Assembly (NCBI RefSeq): GCF_009914755.1
Contig: NC_060942.1
Direction: 5' to 3' (one strand)
DNA from: the human T2T-CHM13v2.0 reference genome, Homo sapiens
Length of the DNA: 64,000 bases
The position numbers and the translations under genes are program-made. Below the pieces are notes generated by a model that worked only from the letters and a program-made list of their open reading frames with translations, did not search any database and had not been told where the DNA came from. This document shows positions 27,711 through 41,645 of the stretch, one piece after another; the stretch's first letter is position 1, and each line of letters starts with the position of its first letter.

Positions 27711-28876
27711 ACCCTCCCCGTACATCGCCAGCATTATTGGCAGATTCATAGCCAACTACATTTTCTACTTTCAGGCACTTTTACTCTTGGCACACTTCTG
27801 TATGGCATTGAACATTTCTCTTGATATTGACTGGGGTAAAGTGGCAATGGTACCTCAAAGATGAATGATCAGTGAAGAAAAGCTGATCCAAGAGAGGCCT
27901 CATGAGTTAAATATTAATGATGAACTTGTCCACTTAAATGTGGTAGTTGCCTAAAAAGAAAACAAAAAAATACTTTATCTACTTGTTACAGGAAATTAGA
28001 ATATTTTAATAAAAGAATCTTATTCATGGCACATGTCTCATTTAAATTATTCTCCAAAATATTTTATCTAAGTTTCAATGAATACTAATGATATTATTTA
28101 TTAAAATATTAACACTCTGGATAGTCTTAATATTCTAGCAATTATCACATTATCCAGAGTGTTGACTATAATAATATCAAATTAGTTTTAGATAGATACA
28201 ATCTTTTTTATAGTTTAATATTTAGTTATTGCACACGTTTTTTGCATTACACTGAACCTTTGTTTACCTTAAATTTATGCCTATTTTAAAAAGACGTGTG
28301 ATCCTGGGAAAACCATTCATATGGAAATCAGAGTAAATGGATCCCATTTCTCACTCTACCAGGATGTAGCTCTAAATCAAGTCACATAATCATAGAGACG
28401 TCAGTTTACTAAATCACAAATGAAGTCACTGGATTTGAATTCTATGAATTTTTAGAATTCAATTTTTAGAATTATGACCATGAGATGTTCATAAGCCAAT
28501 TTCAGTGAAAATATTAAGGAAAACTATCATTATCGCTAGTGCACAGAGCCAAAACCATACAATCATTACCACAAAAGCCTCTAAAGGCTATTATCGAGTC
28601 ACTATTTACAATTGCTTAACCCAGAAACTTGTATTTCGATCCTCGGAATAAACATTGGTAATTGCTGATTTAGAATATGGTTGTAATATTTGAAATGACT
28701 AAATAAGTAAATATACCCCACCTTTGTTCTTGTGACATTATTATTCCCTTTTATTTGTTTCCATATTCCATTGTTATTATTCTACCTGTCCCTGAATCAT
28801 GTCTGTTCCACCTTTTCTGATTTTAGTAGTGATAGAACCTCCTCCCAGCCTGGATTTTGTTTGTATAATTAGTCAC

Positions 28877-29256
28877 TGATATGGTTCGTCTGTGTCCCCA
28901 CCCAAAATTTCATCTTGAATTGTAATATCCCCGTAATCCCTATGTGCCAAGGGAGAGACCAGGGGGAGGTAATTGAATCATGGGCGCAGTTTCCCCCATG
29001 CCGTTCTTGTGATAATGAGGGAGTTCTCACAAGATCTGACGGTTTTATAAGCGTTTGGTAGTTCCTCCTGCATTCACACTCCGTTCTGCTGCCTTGTAAA
29101 GATGGTGCCTTGCTTCCCCTTCACCTCCTGCCATGATTGTAAGTTTTCTGAAGCCTCCCTAGCTATGGTAAACTGTGAGCCGATTAAACCTCTTTCCTTT
29201 AAAAACTACCCAGTCTTGGGCAATTCTTTAGAGCAGTGTGAGAATAAACTAATACA
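28877..29256 (+). mobile_element. THE1D-like solo LTR
   Basis: TGATATGG...AACTAATACA; perfect TSD GTCAC at 28872-28876 and 29257-29261. Confidence 0.92.
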
Positions 29257-29285
29257 GTCACCCAGCTAAAGACACAGCTTCCTTT

Positions 29286-30143
29286 TGCCCAGAAATGTGG
29301 ATATTCCGAGGCAGTACTCTACTTGCAAGTTAACAAGTTAGTCTGGATGAATGCTAGAAAAACAAACAAAAACACATGAGACTCTTTTGTCAGAGAAAAA
29401 CGCACTTTATCACTCACACAGATAGCAGTATCAAGATGTATTAATTATCTAAAACTGCCATAAGAAAGTACCACAGACTGAATGGCTTAAACACTGGACA
29501 TTTGTTTTCTCACAGTCCCAGAGGCAGTAAGTCTGAGATCAAGGTGTCAGCAGGATTGGTTTCTTCTGAGGACTTTCTCCTTGGCTGGTGGACAACTGTC
29601 TTCTCCCTGTGTCTTCACATGGCCATCCCTCTCTGCATGACTGTGTCTTTCTCCTCTTCTTGTAAGGGCACCAGTCATGTTGGAGTAGGGTCCACCCTAG
29701 TGAACTGATTTTAACTTAATTACCTCTTTAAAAATCCTATCTCCAAACATAGTAGTGGGTGGAAGTTAGGATGTTGACATATGGAATTTAGGGGAACACA
29801 ATTCAGTCTATAATGCTAGAGTATAAGCATTTTCTTGCTCCAATTCTCCAAGGCCCATTTGCCACAAGAAGAAACGAGGAGAAACAAATAATACCTGTTG
29901 ACAAAGTGGGCTGAGTTACAGGGAAATAACCCTTAGCTTAGGGAGAGCAGACTTTTCTAGAGGGCAGTGAGCACAATTGCCCTTTGTTCTGGTGGGAGAC
30001 ACTATCTCTGCCTTCTTTTGAGGCTGTTCATTAAACAAACACACTTAAAATTTAGCCCTGAAAAAAAGAAGACAGTCAGTGGCATACACTGCTTGCAAGA
30101 CGTGCATAAAGTTGAGAGAGCCGAGGAGAATTACCTCCCAACA
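29286..30143 (-). mobile_element. ERVL-class LTR (MER54-like), putative 3' LTR, split by MLT1
   Basis: CTACTTGCAAGTTAACAAGTTAG and GGGAGACAC motifs shared with 34072-34512; ends CTCCCAACA. Confidence 0.65.
29437..29815 (-). mobile_element. MLT1A/B solo LTR
   Basis: TGTATTAATT...ACACAATTCAGTCTATAATG; TSD CAAGA/CTAGA. Confidence 0.85.
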
Positions 30144-30514
30144 AGATGCAACTCTTATTTCTAGACTTTCTTGGCTTCTGCCTAATGTTTTGATTAGTAT
30201 AGCACTCCACTGGCTTGACAGAAGCTGAGACCAAATCTCTTAAATTTCTCTCATTTGGAATTTTCTTAAGCTACTATCAACAAGTGCCAGGTTACAAATG
30301 CCTGGAAAGCTGGAAGCATGCCGAATGTTTAGTTGCAAAGGGCTGGAATGCTGGTGTCAGTTGATAATCTGAAATAGCAATACCATAACCTAAAAAAAGT
30401 ACCAATAGCTCCATGGCATTCTTGATAAATAGAAAAGAACTTGAAATGTCTGGTGTTTGTTAGCAGCAGCAACTTCTTTCCACCCTTTGCAAGTGTAAAT
30501 AGAGGTGTCTTTAA

Positions 30515-30640
30515 CCATTTTTGCCTGGGGTTGCAAGTTTTTGAATTTTTGCAATCAGACCTTGGCAATGACCTTGAGCAGTAGGATATGAATAACTCTC
30601 ACATACTTAGCGTTCCAATAATGGAACACTAGGCATAAAT
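30515..30640 (-). mobile_element. MER85 (piggyBac/PGBD3 MITE)
   Basis: TTAA on both sides (30511-30514, 30641-30644); internal palindrome GTTCCAATAATGGAAC at 30612-30627. Confidence 0.92.
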
Positions 30641-31908
30641 TTAATCTGTCTGCTTGTGATTTTCTAAGTGATAGATCAAACTGCTAGGCCATTGACTACA
30701 GTCTCATTTTACAGAATAAGTAAAAATATGACAAAACTAATCCAGGAGAATATTGGCTGGAACCATGAGAATGTCCTTGAATGATGCCCACTGAGGAAAT
30801 TGACCATGTTGATATTTGGTTGTACATAGATGGCACTGAGATGAACAGCACCACGAACCAGTGGGCACCACTGGGTTTCAGCTCAGCAAACTACCAGCGA
30901 AACAGACCCAGGCATTTAAGAGAAAGCCTGTGAACTGAGGGCCAACTGAGCCAGCTGCTCACTTTTTCATGCCAGGCCAAGTTGCCATGGGGAGGCCTAG
31001 CTGCATTTTTAAAAAGACCGTTTCCATTTGATAAGTGAATCTTATTGAATCCTTTGTCTCTTGTTAATTATTGAGTCTGATTGTACCCACCCCACAGCCA
31101 GAACATCAGGTTAGAGAGTCACAAGACCTCCATGGATCAGGAATTTGCTTCTGAGAAGGAAAGTAAAAGTGATTTTCAAAATCAATGTGACAAGTGACTG
31201 TGTCATGGAGGTGAGGCATCAGAAACCCAAAGACATCTTTGGGTGCTACTAAAACTTCTATCCAAATGGCTCTTTCTGACAAGAACCAGCACTTGCAGTA
31301 TTGGAAGTATACACATAGAGCAAATCAATTCCTACTACACTGTCAAGGTTGTAGGCCATTGAAAAGGACATCAAATCAAATCAACCCTGCTCATGGGCCC
31401 TACCTAAAAGGTTACATTAGCTTTCCTTCCCCATTAATAGTGATTTGGTCACCTGTATCAACAAAGCCATAAAATCTGAATTTCCTCACGTCTCCCAAGT
31501 TTCCCAGCATGCTTGGGTAGATGTGAACGGCTTTTAGTCCCCAGTGGGGACTGGGACACCTCAGCCAAAGTTTTAGTCATCTTTCTGTTTAAAGCCAGAG
31601 AGGAAGGGGGAAGGATCAGGGCAAAGAGGAAAGAAAGGCCCTGTAAACAGACTGTTGTGGTGCAGCTTGTGGCCCAGCCACGTGAACTTACAGACTTTTC
31701 AGCCAGGTCTTCATGGCCGACACCATGCCAGATGACACATTCATCCGGAGTGGATGGCATTGCAGTAGAGGAGCCCTGCACTTAGGGAGCCTTGGAGATC
31801 CCTGAATTCAGCAGCCACAGTTGTACTACTTTCTGGCTGGGGCCATGGAGTTTGCACCCTTTGGTTGAATCAAACCTAACTTATTCAGATGCAACTCATT
31901 TTCTAAGG

Positions 31909-32262
31909 AGTGTTTTCACACTGCTATAAAGTACTACCTGAGACTGGGTAATTTATAAAAAAAAAAAAAAGAGGTTTAACTGACTGCACAGCTGGGCAGG
32001 CCTCAGGAAAAGTACAATCATTGCAGAAGGTGAAGGGAAAACAAGACACGTCTTACATGGGGGCAGGAGAGAGAGTATATGGGAAAACCACCACACACTT
32101 TCAAATCATCAGACCTCATGAGAACTCCCTCATTATCATAAGAACGGCACAGGGGAAACTGCTGCCATGATCCAGTCACCTCTCACCAGGTCCCTCCCCT
32201 AACACGTGGGGATTACTCTTCAACATGAGATTTGGGTGGGGATGCAAATCCAAACACTATCA
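31909..32262 (-). mobile_element. MSTA/THE1D-type LTR
   Basis: CTGAGACTGGGTAATTTATA...GAGATTTGGGTGGGG...TATCA. Confidence 0.85.
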
Positions 32263-32699
32263 GCAACCCAATCCAATGGCTGCCATTTGCTGCCCATTTC
32301 CATAAGGCTTGAGCTTTTGCCCAATTTTAACATGAGGACTAAAAGAGCTTTCCAGGATAGTGGGGTAGATGCAAGAGTGTATCAGGACTTTCCTGGTCAG
32401 TTCCTCATTGTCCTAAAGGCCACCTTCATCAACACTATAGTTGAATAGAGGTCAGTAAGAGGCCCCAAACTGCCCAGAGCTGAATCTATGAGTTTCCATG
32501 ATACAAGTATGTTTTCTTGGAGGATTCTCCACAAGAGAATCAAAGCTTCCTTAATGTAGTCAGGAACCACTGAAAAAATAAATCTCTGAGAACTTTAATG
32601 CCATCCCTAAATGAATCAAAGTTGGACAGGAAGACTACAGGAGCTATTGAACCATAAAACGGCAAAGCTGTTGCTGTTCTTTCTTTTTAAAAAATTTTC

Positions 32700-33250
32700 C
32701 CCTTTTTAATTGACAAATAATAGTTGTACATGTTCATGGAACACATGGGTTTTTTGGTTGTTTTGTTTTTGTTTTTGTTTTTGTTTAGACACAATTCCTC
32801 TCTGTCACCTAGGCTGGATACACTGGAGTGATCTCGGCTCATTGCAACCTCCGCCTCCCACGTTCAAGGGATTCTCTCACCTCAGCCTCCCAAGTAGCTG
32901 TGACTACAGGCACATGACATCATGCTCGGTTAATTTTTGTATGTTTTTGTAGAGACAGGATTTCACTATGTTGCCCAGGCTGGTCTCAAACTTCTGAGCT
33001 CAAGCGATCTACCTACCTTGACCTCTCAAAGCACTGGGATTACAGGTGTGAGCCACTGCACTCGCAGCAGTGATGTTTTTATGCATATAATGTATATGTT
33101 CCGGGAACTTAGCATATCCATCATCTCAAGCATTTATTATTTCTCTGTGTTAGGAAAGTTCAATATCCTCCTTATAGCTATTTGAAAATATATTACGTAT
33201 TATTGCTAACTATAGTCATCCTGCAGTAGTGTAGAACATGAGAACTTATT
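32700..33250 (-). mobile_element. L1MA 3' end, split by AluJ
   Basis: TTTTTAATTGACAAATAATAGTTGTACA...GCTAACTATAGTCATCCT. Confidence 0.8.
32750..33066 (-). mobile_element. AluJ
   Basis: Reverse Alu with (TTTTTG)n tail and CTATGTTGCCCAGGCTGG. Confidence 0.9.
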
Positions 33251-33262
33251 TCTTCTTTCTTT

Positions 33263-33553
<291 letters not shown>

Positions 33554-34071
33554 ATCTTCTTTCTTTAAAACTATTACTTTCCCCAGACTGTCATCCTCCA
33601 ATCAAAACAGCCAAAATACTGATTTTCCTAGTTTCAGCCAAGTGCTGTCATGAATTTCTCTCATGTTATGCTGAGTTAGCATGCATCTCTATAACTCTTA
33701 TCTGAAAGGAATTGGAATGTCCTGGTCACTCAGGACAGATTTCAGTACTAGGCAGTGTGATGCACTGAACCTGTGTCTGGTTGCTGGATGAACCAGGAAA
33801 TCCTCCCACCAGAGGAGTGGTAACCACAGCCAGATCATTTGGGCAGTGGTCTTTAAATCTCCTTTGCGCTTGCTCAAACTTTAGCTATCTCCCCAACTTC
33901 TCCTCACTATCAGTCAATAAAGTGAAGGGCCATTACTACCAGGTAGACTTTAGCCAACATGTTTCCTACTGATTCTCACGGACTTCCTACAAGTCCCTTT
34001 AATCAGCTGACAATGCCCTCATCTTTTATTTTCCACTATGCTTATCATTATCCCATCAGTATTGCCAAAGT

Positions 34072-34512
34072 TGTCAAGAACTCTTATATAGGGCTGAGAT
34101 TTTACCCTGCTTTCAAATTGACAAGTTAGCCTTTCTTAGTGTCACTGATGCTGGCAGAAGATAGGAGATTTCTGGAGAAAAAGGGCTTTGTTGCTTAAGC
34201 AATAACAGTATCCACAGCATAAGCATTTTATTGTGACAATTCCCCGTGCTCTAATCCCCACAGAGTGGTGTGGAGACGGCCAGATGACACATTCATCAGG
34301 AGTGGATGGCATTGCAGTAAAGCATCCCTGCGCTTAGGGAGCCAAGAGGCAAGCGAGTGGGAGTTCCTGTTCCCAGCTCTCACTTTGGAGGGAGACATTC
34401 TCATTGTCTTTCAAGGCTATTGGTTAGACAAAAATCCTTGAAAAACGAATCCAAAACAAAGGGAACACTGTGCCTTACCCACAAGATGTGCACAAATGTG
34501 ACAGCCCCATGA
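34072..34512 (-). mobile_element. ERVL-class LTR (MER54-like), putative 5' LTR
   Basis: TGTCAAGAAC...GAGATTTTACCCT...ACAAGTTAGCC; adjacent PBS-like sequence; homologous to 29286-30143. Confidence 0.7.
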
Positions 34513-34595
34513 GTGTGAGAGCCCCAGGCCTGCTTTGTTGCTAGGTGTCAGAGTGTGGTTAAATTTTGACTGATAGTCTAAAATAAGTGAAGTGT

Positions 34596-34953
34596 GGACA
34601 CAGGTTGCTTCCAAATCTTAGCTACTGTAAACAGAGCTGCAACAAACATAGGAGTGCAGATATCTCTTTCATATACTGATTTCCTTTCTTTTGGGTATAT
34701 ACCCAGCAGTGGGATTACTGGATCGTGTGGTAGCTCTATTTTTAGTTTTTTTCGGGAACCTCCAAATTGTTCTCTATAGTAGCTGTATTAATTTACATTC
34801 CCATCCACAGTGTATGAAGGTTCCCTTTTCTCCACCTCCTTGCCAGTATTTCATTCTCTATGATGTGCTTATTTCACTTTACATGCCTGTATCAAAACAT
34901 CTCATTTTCCCCATAAATATACACCTACTATGTACCCAGAAAAATAAAAAAAT
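34596..34953 (+). mobile_element. L1MA insertion with 5' inversion
   Basis: Antisense 34596-34850, sense 34851-34953; TSD AAAATAAGTGA(A/T)GTGT at 34580-34595 and 34954-34969. Confidence 0.9.
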
Positions 34954-35969
34954 AAAATAAGTGATGTGTCCAATATCATTTTAGGGCCTTAAAAATATGA
35001 ATGTTCTTGCCTTCCATGTTCTCCTTTATCTCTGTCCAGTGTGAAATGATGAGCTAGCCTGTGGACAACTGGGGTGGTGTTTCAGTTACAGAAACAGAAA
35101 CCACATGGAAGGAACACCAGAGCTTCCCTGCCAGGAAGCGTTCCTGCAGGACATGTTGACACAGAGCCCTCCCTTCCTCCCTCCCTTCCTCCTTCCCTCC
35201 CTTTCTAGAGCCTTATGGGGGAGAAGAAGCAGCAACTGCATTTTGTGGTCTGTGTGTTTTAGCAGCTTGGTCTCAAGCCTATCTGTTACAAGCATAATAC
35301 TACTTCAGGATATAACATCCATAGGTTACAGTGGAAGATATTCATTTTAAAGTAATATGTCCTAGGCCGCTTAAACTAACACTTGATTGCATTGTTATGG
35401 AATTTCAGACTTCTTAAGCATTATTGCATCAAAGAACCAATGATGTATATTCCATTTGATTTATTTCAAAAACAACTGAAATATATAAGATAAAGAAACA
35501 GAAGCAGAATGTGCTTACAAAACATATGTCTTAAAATCAGAAATGTCCAATTTTCTTATGGAAGTAACAGAAGGTAAAAGTGTTTATGTGTCAGATACTA
35601 TGTTAAATATTCATATTATTTAAGGTTTGGGGCAATAGTCAAACCAAGATTGACTCATAGTAACAAAGTGTCAACATGCTGTTAACAGGCAAATAAATTT
35701 GAAATGTGTGATGGTAGCTTAAAAACATTAAATCTAGAGAGATTAGATAATCCAGAAAGAAGTGTGATAATTAAAAACTTCAGAAACAGGAAACGATGTG
35801 AAATAAATTACAGAGAGATATTTAGGTTCATATGAGGAAGAATTTAGTAATTAGAAGGTAAGCTGCCTAAAGAAATAAGCCAGGAGAAATACAGAGAACA
35901 TTATAGAAAAGTAGACATCCATTCCATTTTAATAGTTGTGGAAGGCAGGGGATGCTTTATATTCTAAGG

Positions 35970-36162
35970 AAGTGGTTGTCAGGGGGCATTCCCCCAACTG
36001 CAGCGTCAGCATGAGTGGGGCAGTTGGAAGAAACCGAGATTCTCAGGCCTCACCTCTGACCTACCTCAGCAGAATGTCTGGGATGGAGAGAAGGGACTGG
36101 AATCTGGGATGCATCAGGCCCTTTGGTGATTCTGACGTGGACTGAGGTTTGAGAAGTAGTCT
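35970..36162. mobile_element. MER5A
   Basis: GCAGCGTCAGCAT, GATTCTCAGGCC, GGTGATTCTGACG...GTTTGAGAA. Confidence 0.75.
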
Positions 36163-36921
36163 AAGGCACTTCCTGTGAAATGTGAAAGGAAATAAGCAGC
36201 ATTTATTTCTTTTGTCTCGTAAATTATGTGGCATGCTTGTCACTCCTTTGGTTAACTTGTCTGAAGGTGTTTTGCAAAGTTAAGAAAAGAACACATATTA
36301 TCATGATTGTCACATTCGAAAACGCTAATACCATCTGAACCCTAATTTTGTAGCAATATAGAAAACTAAGTTGTACATTTATCCTGTATATTCTCAAAAA
36401 GTTGACTTTTAAATTATGGTATGTTCCCCATGTGGAAAATGTAAGCTTTAAATAAATTAATAAATAATAAATTATTAACCTGGATTTTGGATTAATGATT
36501 CCTATGCGTGTATATGATTTTTGTAAACATGCTCAGTAGCTGATGGATTGGCACCACTTGGCTTTCTTGTCTAATGTATGTTTTCACGTACCTAATTGCT
36601 CAGAAAACTATAAAGAAATCAATCCTTTTTTTCCATTTAAATTCACAGCTGGTGATTCTAAACTTGACCTTTTTAATGACTCATAAATTTCATATATTTG
36701 ATTGTGTTATATTTATTGCAACCATTTGGCTTCCACTTTTGTCCTAGCAAATTAATTTTTCAGACGTTAATCTCGAACACAGTTGCTAGCAAGATTCTTT
36801 TCTTGGTTCAGTAGTTTGCTAGCACAAAATATTAACAGTAAGCCTAGGGAATTCTTCTTAACCCAAAACAAAACAAACAAAAAAATAGTGGTCTGGGAAA
36901 ACAGACTGTTATGCTATGATA

Positions 36922-36935
36922 GTTGCTATGGATAC
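36922..36935. promoter_or_regulatory. RFX X-box-like motif
   Basis: GTTGCTATGGATAC versus consensus GTTGCCATGGCAAC, in repeat-free DNA. Confidence 0.4.
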
Positions 36936-38562
36936 TAAGCTACTTCGCAGATTTGAGCTGTGTGTATGAGCATAAAATATTAGCCATTTGATTAACTTGT
37001 GATTTTATTCAGAAATGCTATAATTCACATCTTTTGTATGTTCTACAATATATTAACGTATTTTAATTCACAGATAAGACAACTTTGAGAAGAAAACTCT
37101 CCCTCTCTGATTTCTAACTTCATTGAAAGAATGATTAGAACTACATCAAGAATAAATATTTAAAACTTTAAATAAGAAATCACATTTACAAAAACTTGCA
37201 TATCCAATGAGGTTTTTTTTTACTATTTTGAAGTAACAAGTAAAGAAGAACATTAAAGAAATTTTACAACATACCTTAGCAAAAGAGTTTAGATAAAAAT
37301 GTTATAAGGATTGTGAATAAGAACATTATCAGTAGAATTTTTGATAAGCCACAATTATATCTTAAATGAGGCTCACCTTATTTAATTGTTTTCAGTCATG
37401 TTGCTAGTAAAATATTTGCAGTGATCATTTTTCAATTTCAGGCAATGTAATTCCTTTTATCCTTCATTTATTAAAAATGCAATCTTATGTGCAGAGTTAT
37501 ATTTAACAATAATAGAATATTGTAAGTTTCAACTATCTTAACTGTCTATATTGACATGTACCTTGCAGCACTATTTTCTGTCATTTCTGAGATTTCCCTG
37601 TCTTATATTAAAAACATCTCATTTATTTGATAAAGTAGTGTCACCTAGTAGATTTTACTCTTTAAAAACAGATTCATAACAAACTTAACTATTCTCCCCT
37701 GCCTCCAACTCCATCCTAACAGTAGATTACAGATACATCTGTTCAACTAAATACTTCTTGTGCTTCTTCCTCACCTAATCAGTTCCGCTACTGCCTTCAT
37801 AGTGTTCAAGTTTTTAAAATTTTCCTTTAGCTTCTAAGTCTTTCACTCATTTTACATTTTAGGTCAAAACACATTATTCATCTATTTTAGCAAATTATAA
37901 TTGTCTTGGTCATTTTGGTGCTTAAAGAATTACTAAATAAAGAAAACGTTGTTTTTCCATTACTACTTTTTTACTTATTAACTTAGGCTTTAAGTATATA
38001 TTTAAATATACATATGTTTTAATGATAAAAAACAGAATCTTTGCAGATGGGTCTCAGAACCTCAGATTGATAAATAATTAGCTTGGAAGAAAAATAAATT
38101 ATTTACACCATTCATCTTTTTTTAGTGCTAAATAATTTTATACATTACAAATATATTAAATGGATATTTTAAAATAAGCTTTTCTCTATTTTGATATATT
38201 TAGTGGCTTATGGTAACATAAGAAAGCAGTGCATTGAGTCTAATATAAAATGTAAATGATTCAATAATTTTTAAAGTTAAATTGAAGTCCTGTTTCAAGT
38301 ATAAAGAAAAAAATGTTTGGGCAAATTATTAATTATTTTTCTATAAACCTCAAAGAAATTTCTATTCTTCAGACCTACCATCTACCTAAAATATGTTCCC
38401 TCACCATCAAGAATTTGTGCAAACTTCATACACTTCCAAATCTTCTGTAGCTGAGACGAGTGAATGACATTTTATTCCCATACCAAAGAGTGTAATTAAA
38501 TTATATAATATCCAAACCAGTTGATCTGGGGAGTTAACAAGGGCTTTGGTGTTTGTATGCAC

Positions 38563-38594
<32 letters not shown>
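38563..38594 (+). repeat. (TG)n(AG)n microsatellite
   Basis: Direct reading. Confidence 0.9.
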
Positions 38595-39273
38595 TTATTA
38601 AAAAGTCATTTAATTTTACTATTAGGTACTTATATTTTGCCAACAGGTAAAATGTTCAAGGTAACAGAAAAGACATGTTGCCACTCAGCTTTCACAAATG
38701 CCCACTTTCCCATGCATAGAATTCCAAATATGTTTTCCCCTACCTGAGATACTGTCATCCCTTCCCACAAAGCACCAGTACACAATGAGCCAGATGCCTG
38801 AAATAAAAGCCATACCCTCTATCATATCCAACAACCTGATGATTTTATCCACAACATGGTCAATATGCAATACTAAGATAGAACTTCATAATCATGACAA
38901 AAGTTTTATTTTGAAAAGCCAACAGGAAAATAGCAAACAGGGCTCAGGGATCCACTGTACATTGTGCTACTGCCCAATTAGTCTGTCGTTGGTGAATCTG
39001 TCCCTGTTCTGCTCCCAAGAGACTTTTCCTTGCTCTTCATTCTTTTTGGTCACTATATTTGCCTGCTGAGAATTGTGTAGTTATCAAAGGTGAAGGCTCT
39101 GGAATTAGAAGAACTAAGTATGATTTGTATAAACTACTTATAACCTTGTTGGGACTGGCTGGAGAAGGATTCTGTCTCTGCCACTTCTTCTATGTGTGTA
39201 AAGCTGGGCACAGCCGTTCTATCCGACTTCTTTTTCCTTTAGCATTGAAAAAATAACTTCACAATAAGCTCTT

Positions 39274-40302
39274 AAATGCAAATCAAAACCACAGTGAGAT
39301 ACCATCTCACACCAGTCAGGATGGCCATTATTAAAAAGTAAAAAAATAGCAGATGCCGGTAGGGTTGCGGAGAAAAGGGAACACTTGTACACTGTTGATG
39401 GAAGTGTAAATTATTTCAACCATTGTGGAAAGCAGCCAGGCAATTCCTCAAAGAGCTAAAAACAGAACTGCCATTTGACCCAGCAATCTTCTTACCGGGT
39501 ATATACCCAAAGAAAGATACATCATTCTGCCTTAAAGACGCAACCACACATACGTTCATTGTAGCACTATTCACAATAGCAAAAACATGGAATCAGTCTA
39601 AATGCCCATCAACCGTAGACTGTATCAAGAAAATGTGGTACATATACACCATGGAATACTACACAGCGATAAAAAGAATGAGGTCAGGCCGGGTGTGGTG
39701 GCTCATGCCTGTAATCCCAGAACTTTGGGAGGCTGAGGCAGGAGTTCAAGACCAGCCTGGCCAACATGGTGAAACCCTGTCTCTACTATAAATACAAAAA
39801 TTAGCTGGGCGTGGTGGCGGGCACCTGCAGTTCCACCTACTTGGGAGGCTGAGGCACGAGAATTGCTTGAACTCGGGAGGAGGAGGTTGCACAGCCAAGA
39901 TCGCACCACTGCACTCCATCCTGGGTGATGGAGTGAGACTCTCAAAGCAAAAACAAAAACGAAAAAGCAATGAGATCATATTCTTTGCAGGAAGATGGAT
40001 GGAGCTGAAGGCCATCATCCTTAGCAAACTAACCCGGGAACAAAAAAACAAATACCGCATGTTCTCACTTATAGGTGGGAGTTAAATTATGAAAACACAT
40101 GGACACAAAGAGGGGAACAATAGACACTTGGGCCTACCTGAGGGTGGAGAAGGGAGAGGATCAGAAAAAAATAACTGTTCGGTACTAGGCTTAGTACCTG
40201 GGTGATGAAATAATCTGGACAACAAACTCCCATGACTTGAGGTTACCTATATAACAAGCCTGCACAAGCACCCCTGAACCTAAAATAAAAGTTAAAAAAA
40301 AA
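39274..40302 (+). mobile_element. L1PA13-16-type 3' fragment, split by an Alu
   Basis: ORF2 C-terminus LPFDPAI...ALFTIAKTWNQ; 3'UTR GGTACTAGGCTTAGTACCTGGGTGATG; polyA. Confidence 0.9.
39687..39960 (+). mobile_element. AluS with ~20-bp left-arm deletion
   Basis: GAGGCAGG joined directly to AGTTCAAGACC; TSD AATGAG(G/A)TCA. Confidence 0.92.
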
Positions 40303-40852
40303 TCTCTTAGGAGAGTGCCTAAGACAAAATAAGTGAATGTTTTTGTTCTTGATGTTATTATATGTTTCCACTATTGCCATTTATGACATTATCTGCAAAG
40401 GTCATTGTGGTGGACACTTTAACAATCAACTTCTTGATATGCTTGTTATCCTTGATATTACTGTATGGATCTGCTAGTTTTACCTTCTTAGGCAATGCAA
40501 CTTTAAAATATCATTGAGGGCCTCTGATTCTGGTAATGAAAGACTAACTAATTTCTAAGGATTGTCCTAGTAAAGTTGACTCGAAAATGTAAAGTAAATA
40601 TTTTCTAACTTCCTCTTGGAGGCATTAGAGATATTATAACATGACAAAGAATTATGGGGCTAAGATCCAAGGTAAGAAAACCCAGAGAGGTAAGCCTGAC
40701 ACTTGGAGTCACTTTTTCAACACTTGTCAACCCATCCTTGAAGAAAAAACTGAAAGCCCAAGATTATAAATAGCAATTTTGACAGCTGCATGGGGCTCAT
40801 GGGACCAAAATGAGAACACCCTCTCTGCAGACAAAAAGTAGAGGCTTCTTAG

Positions 40853-41198
<346 letters not shown>

Positions 41199-41645
41199 TG
41201 TTATGACTCTTGAGTGCTTACAGGATTACAAGTGTTCTAGCAGTAGTCCAGTCTATGCCAGCACTGGGGCCTAGATTTCAACTATCTTAACCCTTGACAT
41301 TTGATTAAATTTGAGTTAACCAACCATCAGAAGCAAAACTAAAGAAACTTGGAGCAATTTTTTCAATCCTAAAATAATTACTAAGTTTTTTTGAAGTTTG
41401 TAAGTTGATAAAAAATAAGACACAAACTAGACAAAAAGTATGACTAACAATAAAGAAAAACAATATACATGGAATAGACTCTAGAAGAGCCCCAGATTGG
41501 AGAAATTACCAAACACAAACCTTAAAATTCTAAGCTTAATAATTTTACAATAAATAAATTTTACAAAAAATGAAAATGAATTCATTTACTAGTATTGATT
41601 GAGGAAGCGGTATAAAATTTGTAGAGAAGGTAACTGGATAGTTGA

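Noticed and set aside
38698-39069. 123-aa ORF in unique DNA
   Set aside because: No recognisable homology or supporting gene structure; length compatible with chance
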